Source: Chrysomallon squamiferum (lineage: Eukaryota > Animalia > Mollusca). Taken from it: a DNA stretch of 64,000 nucleotides. Under the pieces are notes generated by a model. It searched no databases. It worked only from the letters and a program-made list of their open reading frames with translations, and was not told the origin of the DNA. The translations under genes and the position numbers were made by a program. The stretch covers positions 12,586,001 through 12,650,000 of the forward strand of contig CM022673.1 in the NCBI GenBank assembly GCA_012295275.1, given 5' to 3'. Below, piece after piece: positions 55,815 through 64,000 of this stretch (positions are counted from its first letter, which is position 1; the number at the start of each line of letters is the position of its first letter).

Positions 55815-58513
55815 TATTTGTGTTGGATGTTTTGTGTGTGTGTTATTTTATCTTAATAACAGTATTTTAAAAAGTCTCTAGTAAACCGTCTAATCGTTCA
55901 CAGTAATTTTCTCTGAAAGACGACATTTAGTATTAAATGTCATCTGACAACTTTTATAAACGACAAAATAAAATCTGCTGTCAAAACTAATTCAGCCATA
56001 ACTTAAAATCATGCTGTTGCTTCATGAAATAAAACTCTAATGCTGAAAGTAAATCTTGGTATTATATTGCTTAAAATGTTGTCGTTTTGTTGACACAGAC
56101 GAATGAAAATTAATGTATTTGCTACAGATAACAAAACATGTCGAACTTTCCAGAACTCATTCTGAAAACGAATTTACACGCCACGGTTTTGTTTATTGCC
56201 GACCCAATTTTATGGCTACAATTCACAGGTTAGAATACATCCCGCTGATCAGCAGGTCGTTGGTCAATTGCCCGGGCTGTTTCATATTTCAAAGACCACG
56301 TTTGTATATGCTTTCCTGCCAGGGATAAGTGCATAATACAGATCCCAATACACTAATCGATATACAACTGTGTAGTTGGAGCGGTGGTTTTATTCTCATA
56401 CGTCATAATTTACAAAATCGGTGTTTTACACCTAGCATCCATAAATACGTTGAGATCTCTAAAAGGTTTTTTCATTGGGTTTTTTTTGTTAGAAATATAA
56501 AATGCAAACCAATAAGAGATAGAACAGTTCAGAGGCTTATTTCTTGGCTGATGCTTATTCTTCTCAGTTCCCCCATTCAGAAATTTTCCAAATCCAGTCA
56601 GTATCTCTTGACAGTATACGCGTGTATGTTCGTCTTTTCACGTATCCTTGTTTTTCTATGTGTGTATGTGTGTATAGTGCACGTGTAAGCAGGATGACAG
56701 TAAAGGTTATAACGTTGTGTGTTCAGTGCTAAGTCTCAGATGTGTCTGTTGACTGTTTTTGAATCGGAAATTCATTTTAAAAAAAATATATAAATAAAAT
56801 GTTTTCTTGTTCTATGCATTAAGAGTAACAGAATTAGTTATCCTGAGTTTCTGCCTACAATCACTGGAAATAAAAACCCCAACGTAATTAACATTTACCA
56901 TTAATATAAAATGCATTTGGACGTTTTTAAAAGATTATAAATTAACAGTATTCTTTTATTTCTGTGTGTGAAAATAATGAACACTGAGCCTACCATTACA
57001 CAAAAATAACCTTACCTCGGCTCATTTTCTTTCTTATTTTAAATACGTACACTTTCTAATTTACCACAAAATGTCATAAATTTGTACTAACTGAAATTCT
57101 TAATGAGATTTTTCCTTAATGTTTTACTTCACGTCTCCTTTGATTACAAATTATGACTTACGCGTCACTATTAATACCCGTGCTACAAACAAAACTAATT
57201 TCTCTTGCGTTATTCTAGAAGCTTCAAGAAAAAGACATTTAAAAAAATTATCTGGAATTGATTTTCCTGAACGAAATTACCTCAGATTTTGCTATAAATC
57301 ATTTGCGAATATTGGTTTTAGAATATATATATATGTATCATAAATAAAAGAAAAGTCGAGTTGACCTTTGTGGTTTTCAAGTAAGTCCTTTAATTTTAAC
57401 TTTATTAATGCTTAATCTGTAATTACCGTTGTCAGTTGGTCTGATTAAAGCCCATTTGTGACTTTGACGATTTTCATAACTTAGAAATAAGTTCAGAATG
57501 TCTGTGTAATTAGCCAGATGTGTCTACCTCTCTCACACACACGTCATTTCCTGTTTTAATATAAGCATGTATATATATATATATATAGGTGTGAGCCTTT
57601 TGTTTTTGTATAGGAATATTAAATATTTATCCAGAATATTTTGGTTATTAACGTAACTTGAAATATAAATGCAATTAGGAAACAATAAAGGAAATTTCTT
57701 ATTTCTAAATTCCTATACAAAGAATATTTCCTGTCTCTTTGTTTCTTTTCTCCACTGGTTTAGAAAACACTGTCGTATGTACTAACTGAACTGTTTTTTC
57801 AATCTACTGACACATATATTTTAAAAATATATCGATATTATGCAGTTAATCTATGTCAAGATACCGTATGTTTTCTTGTTATTATCTATACGACCTTTGC
57901 CACATTATTGTCTTATAGATTAAATAAAGATGAAGAGAACAGATTAATTAGTTAAATAAAACGTATTCAGTTTGTCTGTTGTGTTGTACTTATTATATAC
58001 CTCTTTTTATCACGCTTATTAATATAATACAAAATAGTTTAGAAATCTTTTATTTTATTTTCGTTTATAATATGTACTTTCTTTTGTTTGTTTTATTTAA
58101 TTGCGAAATCCTTGGCTTCGTGTGTTGTTTGTACCATTTTTAGCATTATCAAAACATTTTGATGTGAACTCAGCTACTGTAAACTTTTCCAATCATATAG
58201 TTATGGGTATTTATAGTTGCCTCCCTTGAACAAAATATAACTAACTAACAATAAGATAAAGTTAAATGTATTTTTAAAATTAACTAAAACAAGTACATAA
58301 ATTAAATAAACAGACAATCAAATCGGATTACGTTAATTTTAAATAGAGTAAATAGAAAAACAGTGCGCTAGCTTCCCTGACTAACTTAAACACTCATCAT
58401 ACACACTATAGTCCAGTTTTGTATGGTAACATGAGAAATCTAATGTGGACAATACAAGTGAAATAAATATAAAGAAAGTAATGTATCAAACACAGATAAG
58501 GATTCTGAATAAT

Positions 58514-58594
<81 letters not shown>

Positions 58595-59059
58595 TGTGTG
58601 ATTAAAAAAAAAAAAAAACAAGAACAAAAAAACAGGACCGAAAAGTAGCAAGTTAGGCAATAAAGAAAAGTGACGTAAGAAAAACATGAGATTAAAAGTA
58701 TGCGAGTCTTTTGGCCTGTTATTATGTGTGTCTTATGTTTTATTGTACGAAACAGAAACTAGATATTTTAATACGATCACCAAAACAGAAAACCATGCAT
58801 ATTATTATAATTAACACTACTTCATAATTATACGGTAAACATTTTCAGACCATTACTGAGCATAATACTAAACAATGTATACTTTAAATAGTTTCAAAGT
58901 ATATATGTTAACATTAACTTTACACGGGGTTAACGGATATTCACCTAACTCGGTTACTTCATTGATTATTAAGGGATTCGTCATGGTATGATTTTATATG
59001 AATCATATTTATTTCAGTTAAATAAGTCAATAAGCCCTATAAAGTCTAGTAAGCTGATC

Positions 59060-59180
59060 AACAACTGCGCATGTCGATCATCTATTTCCGCAGTGCGTAC
59101 TTCCGGTTTGACACTTGGTGTGTATTTTTGGATTTCATAACAATACACAGCTGATGAGTGAGTGGAGCACGTCATAATTA
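59060..59180 (+). promoter_or_regulatory. TATA-less housekeeping-type promoter of the phosphotransferase gene
   Basis: NRF1-like TGCGCATGTCG (59066..59076), ETS/GABP-like ACTTCCGG (59099..59106) and a CRE/E-box half site CACGTCA near 59168, all within 200 bp of the ATG. Confidence 0.6.
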
Positions 59181-59245
59181 TTTAAAGGAACTGTCGAGTA
59201 AAAGCAAAAAACATTTAGATTAATACGTCCACATAACAGATCACA

Positions 59246-59470
59246 ATGACGGAAATTCTGTCCACTGTCCAACTGAAAAAGCTAGCAGACCACAAATACA
59301 GTGTCGAAGGCACTTCTTTCTTGGAACCACCGATGCAGAAATTTTGGAGATGGCTGTTAGAACAGATTCCTCGGTGGTGGTCTCCCAATGCTATTACGCT
59401 CGTTGGTCTTATCATCAACATTACTACGACAATGATTTTAGCGTATTACAGTCCAGACGCAAAACAAGCT
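59246..59470 (+). CDS. CHPT1: Choline/ethanolamine phosphotransferase (CDP-alcohol phosphotransferase family, CHPT1/CEPT1-like), first coding exon, 75 codons; the rest of the gene lies beyond the window
   Basis: MTEILSTVQLKKLADHKYSVEGTSFLEPPMQKFWRWLLEQIPRWWSPNAITLVGLIINITTTMILAYYSPDAKQA matches the family N-terminus (LS..QL+RL.EH+YS..G.SLLEP.+Q..W.WL...+P.W.APN.ITL.GL..N..TT+.L..Y.P.A). Good start context ACAATG, in-frame upstream TAA at 59234, and a phase-0 donor GCT|GTAAGT at 59471. CHPT1 versus CEPT1 orthology cannot be resolved from this exon. Confidence 0.95.
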
Positions 59471-61106
59471 GTAAGTATTGGAAGTATTTCCAAATTGGTA
59501 AATGTTGATAAACTATTGAGAAAACGAACGAAACCACGTTTGCTATTCCTGTTCGTTTATGATTCACCTTCATGAGACTATGTGCTGTTTTTATGATAGT
59601 ATGTAGATAATCGTGATTTTAACACAAACAGAACAAAAAATCAAAAACAAAACAACTGAGATACTTATTGTATGTCAAACCCTAGTATATATGTTCAGTA
59701 AGATGCCACGTTTTGAGTCAGATTATTAATTATTTTATCTTGAGAGCAAATGATAAAGCTGAACATATTTACTGATACATCATACCTGCAATAGGACTCT
59801 TTTTATTAGCATAGTTAGAATCCTAAAATATACCAACATATTAAAAAAAATAATAATTAAAGCTTCCAAAATTGATACCCTTGATTAACTATTCAGTTTC
59901 ATTGTTTCATGTTTATTTGTTGCAAACATATATTTAATAAATGTGATATGGTTGTAAAAGAATAACCTTTTTACAGCAATAAAATTATTAAATGCACAAA
60001 ACATTTAAATCATTTGTTTATTTTTCAAAAATATTTTCTGGTTAACTCAACAAATGGTTCATGGTTATGGTAAATCTGTAATATATAGATGATCTACTGT
60101 TATGTGTGTGAAATATGTTATGAATATGTATATATTTTATTTGTATTTAGCTTAACCTTTCATCCATGATTCAGAAATATATCATGACCTATTTCATCTT
60201 GTAACAATTGACATGATAACTTTGTTTTCCTATTGTTCTTATCGACATGACCTTCAGTAGATAATTCATCTGTCATGTACACACTGCTGCTGTAACAATT
60301 TGCTTCTCAGAAGAAAACAAATTCAGTTGTTTGACAGTGCTTAGTTGAATGTCCCTTTCCTGTTTTAAAAAATAACAGTCTTAGTGACAGCAGAAGTTTT
60401 TTTTTCTTTTCTGTTTTTCATATTTATTTATTTATTTGTTTGTTTGTGTATTTTGTTTTTTTATTTATTGGTTTTTAAGAACCATTGTGCTGGCATTTAT
60501 TAGTTACATCATTAATGTGTCCACAATGGTCCATAAATCAAAATGGAAAATATAATTAAAGGTTTTGCAAAGTGTATGTATGTATAAAAATAATTTATTA
60601 GTTCTAAGAAGTGCTGATGATAATGTACATAGGATTACTGAGTGTGTTTCTGATTTTTATGCCAAATAAATTAATGTGGAACTGATCATGATGAAGAATA
60701 ATATTTTTTAATATTTTACACTTCTTATAATGCATTTGTCTTCAGAAATAGTGTTTGCAGTTTATTGAATAGTGTGTGTTGTGGTTGCCTTTTTTGTTTG
60801 TTTTTTTCTTTTGGCATTAGCAAATTACTGATCTTAAAGGTTTTTTTGCAAGATACAGTGATCTGCATACACTTAAAATTGAAGACCCCTTGCTGGTTTT
60901 GAAACTATTCATAATGACAGGAGAGATTTAAAAAAACAAACATTTCCTCTTCTTCTTTTTGTCAGTGTTTTTCTGTTTTTTTCACTTTTTATGTATGTCA
61001 GTGTCATAATTATTGTGTGTTATTTTATATATATTCTATACACACACACTCGCGCACTTTTTATGTATGTCAATGTCATAATTACTGTATGTTATTTTAT
61101 ATATAT

Positions 61107-61141
<35 letters not shown>

Positions 61142-64000
61142 GTGAACCTATGTGGTGTTCCTGATAATTTAAATAATTTAAACGCTATTTTTCCTAATAA
61201 TTACTTTATTATTTGTGTCATGTGATTTCTTCACTGATGGAAGAAGATCCATAATAAATTCAATATTTTAAATTTTCTTATTTTATTTATTTATTATCAT
61301 TTTATTGAACTTTTTTTACTCATTTTTTTTTTTTTTTTTTTTTTTTTTGCTATTTTGCATTTAAATAGTGTCATCTATTCTGTAATCTTTTTCTTTGGTT
61401 AATAAAAAATAAAAAAAGTAATTGCATTCTGACATTTGAAAGTGAGCAAACAATTTACTTCACCTTTGAAACTCACTGATAACGTGCATAAATAATGTTA
61501 CAAGATTATATTAAAGGTGCATTAAGTTACTTACAAAAATAACTTCAGTACACTTTCAAAGTAACTGCGATACATAGGAATTTATCTTTTATCAACTTGC
61601 ATGATGATGTCTGTACTATTCAGTGCAATTAATTTTAGTATTTTAATTACTAAATAAAAGTTTATTAATTATAATTTGGGTCACCATGTTCTGCATGCCA
61701 ACCCACACACTGATAACAAAATGAAATAATTTCAAACACAACTATAAGACTTGTGCTTTGCTATTTCCAGTTAACTAACCATCTAAAAATGTCAAGAAAA
61801 AAAAAAAAATTACTGATAACTTTATGTGTCTTTAGTAGAAACTGGTCACCTTTAATAAATACATGCATGTAGGAAACAATGTATGATTTAAGTCAAAATA
61901 GACTTGAATATATTTTTTACAAAAACCAAGGTATTTTAGATCAGCTATTTTGTTTATTTTAAATGAGTATACACACACACATATAAGGAAAGAAATACTG
62001 AGTTGAAATAAAATAGCAGCTTTTTTTAAGTGAAATTCAAAGACAATATTTAAATATTTGTACGTATATTTATTCAGTTGCATTTGTTTCATTTTGTTTG
62101 TAATATGTATATCATTATATGTCATATATTTAAGTCAAGCGTAAAATGAAATCACATACTCAAATACCATCCTTCGAAAAGAAACATTACAGATTTTTTG
62201 TTCCAACCCAGTTTTTTTCAAAACTGAATAATTAAAAAGACTTGTAGATAAACTGTAAGTAACAAAGTACAGATAAGTCACAAATAATGTTCCACTTCTC
62301 TCTACCCAGTTAGTGGCTGGTTATCTCCAACACAAGACAATATGTACTTCGAACTGTCTGAGTTTAATATATGTGTGCACTTTGAAAGATAACATGCAGC
62401 TCATGGGCATGTCAGACTGAAATGTGTTAATAAATGTGTGTGTGTGTTTGTGATCACGTGTGTGTGTGCATTTGTCAGTACAACTGTAATGCAGATAAGC
62501 TTACAGTTTTAGAAGAAAAAATTAAAATTTTCTAAAATGCACTGTTACATAATTTTGCACTGCTAATGTTAATAAATGCATTTTTAAATACTGACTTAAG
62601 GTTGGTTTAAATGTGTAATTGTAATTGTTTGACTAATTATAATTTAATAAACTAACAGCATTTGTTAATACAGTAAATAATAATAATTATAATAATAATA
62701 ATAATACAATTGTATGTGTTTTGGGTTGGGTTTTTTTTTGATGAGTTTGTCTATTTCTTTAATTTGAATTTCCAGCATGGTATAAAAATTGTGCACATAT
62801 TATATATTCCAACATTTCTCTCTATACAGAATTGTCTGATATAGATTTTCTGTGTTTTATTGCCAACTTCCTTGAAAAACATTAAACCATTTATCTGTTT
62901 ATAGTGATGTGCTGACTAATAATTTGTATGATGTTTCTTACTCTTTTTAAAAAATATTTTTATTTGTTTTCTTATTTGTTCCGCTAAAACTAAAAAAAAA
63001 AAAAAATTCACTGTTAATAATAAGTATTAGTTTAATTACCAGATTAATATATCTGAATAATTTTACTTTTAAAATGTAGGCAGTAACAAAGATATGTGTG
63101 TGTGTTTATTTTTATTTTCATTACCCTGTAAAAAAATCATGACTTATTTACATGCCACAGTAATAAATTAAACACATTTTACTCCATAGATATGCATAGT
63201 ATCATTATTACTTGTAGAAAATAAAATATTTTTCTATATAGATCTATGGTATTGTAATTGTAGAAAATAATAAACATATTTTTCTGTATGTTTATATCTT
63301 TATCATTCAAATGTGGAAAATAAAATATGAATAATGTGACTGTGTTACTAACAAATTAACCATATGTACACTTTAATCACACTACCTTTGTGTGTGCATG
63401 CATGTATTTTGTCATCTTCCTTGTTTAGCATCTAAATACTGGATTTTATTAAATAACATAAATTAAGCACAGTTACACACAGTGATCCAACTGGTGTGCA
63501 TTGAAGTTTAAAGATCTTTATCTTTAAATCTTATGACTCGTTATTTTTGAATATTATACACTTAGTATAATTGTAACTACAAATATATGAGTGTTTTCTT
63601 GCCAACATTCTGTAAAAAAAAAAAAAAAAAAAATTCATTTTATTTAAAGACATGATGATCATGTTTTGTATGTATATGTGTGTGTATATATACCACTGAT
63701 AAATAAAACATGAAAGGTTCCAAATTGATTTCCTGCATTCATTTCATTAAATAACAGTCTGTCCCTAAAATGAATCTATTTTTGAAATTTACATAATGGG
63801 TAATATATAGAACATGTCACATCACTGTAATAATTCAAAATGTATTTATGTGTAGCTGTAGGGAGATCTGTTATTATGATGTATATAATGTGAAACAGCT
63901 GCTGTGGAATATGAAAATCACAGATGGCACATACACCTTTTATTTGGTAACACAAAATCAATTAATGCATTTGTCTAATGTAAAAAATTGTTTATTAATA
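59471..64000 (+). other. First intron of the CHPT1/CEPT1-like gene (at least 4.5 kb, CpG-depleted)
   Basis: Begins with GTAAGT. I saw no exon encoding the expected downstream catalytic motif (D..DG..ARR) before the window end. Confidence 0.75.
60983..61140 (+). repeat. Local tandem duplication (~72 bp period) ending in (CA)n
   Basis: CACTTTTTATGTATGTCA.TGTCATAATTA.TGT.TGTTATTTTATATATATTCTA occurs twice. Confidence 0.9.

Noticed and set aside
57012-57030. Minus-strand ATGAGCCGAG|GTAAGG as a possible micro first exon of a divergent gene
   Set aside because: Only a donor match and three codons, with no supporting promoter or linked exon. Expected by chance in 64 kb.
59215-59421. Antisense 68-aa ORF over the CHPT1-like exon
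   Set aside because: Shadow ORF of the real coding exon.
59471-59575. C-terminal 34 aa of the 109-aa ORF in the track
   Set aside because: Read-through into the intron after the GTAAGT donor; family similarity stops at ...PDAKQA.

Overview
AT-rich, microsatellite-saturated eukaryotic genomic DNA. It is probably from a lophotrochozoan invertebrate, most likely a gastropod mollusc; this is inferred from the SINE relics and the CpG pattern and is not proven. Only one coding segment is confidently recognisable: the first coding exon of a choline/ethanolamine phosphotransferase gene (CHPT1/CEPT1 family) at 59246..59470 (+). It has a housekeeping-type promoter and is followed by a strongly CpG-depleted first intron that runs off the window. 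At the left end is a plausible divergently oriented signal-peptide exon (373..463/490, - strand) with an IRF/ISRE motif beside it. The ~58 kb between them has no recognisable protein-coding sequence. It holds CpG-retaining patches rich in CRE/bZIP motifs, decayed tRNA-derived SINE fragments, local tandem duplications, mini- and microsatellites, and several fold-back palindromes. Nearly all ORFs in the supplied track are translations of simple repeats. I did not find convincing evidence of a new multi-gene system. The best leads are the CpG boundary, a duplication junction with a snap-back synthesis signature, the ISRE-linked secreted/membrane protein exon, the repeated SINE core motif and the CRE enrichment. 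All counts are by eye.
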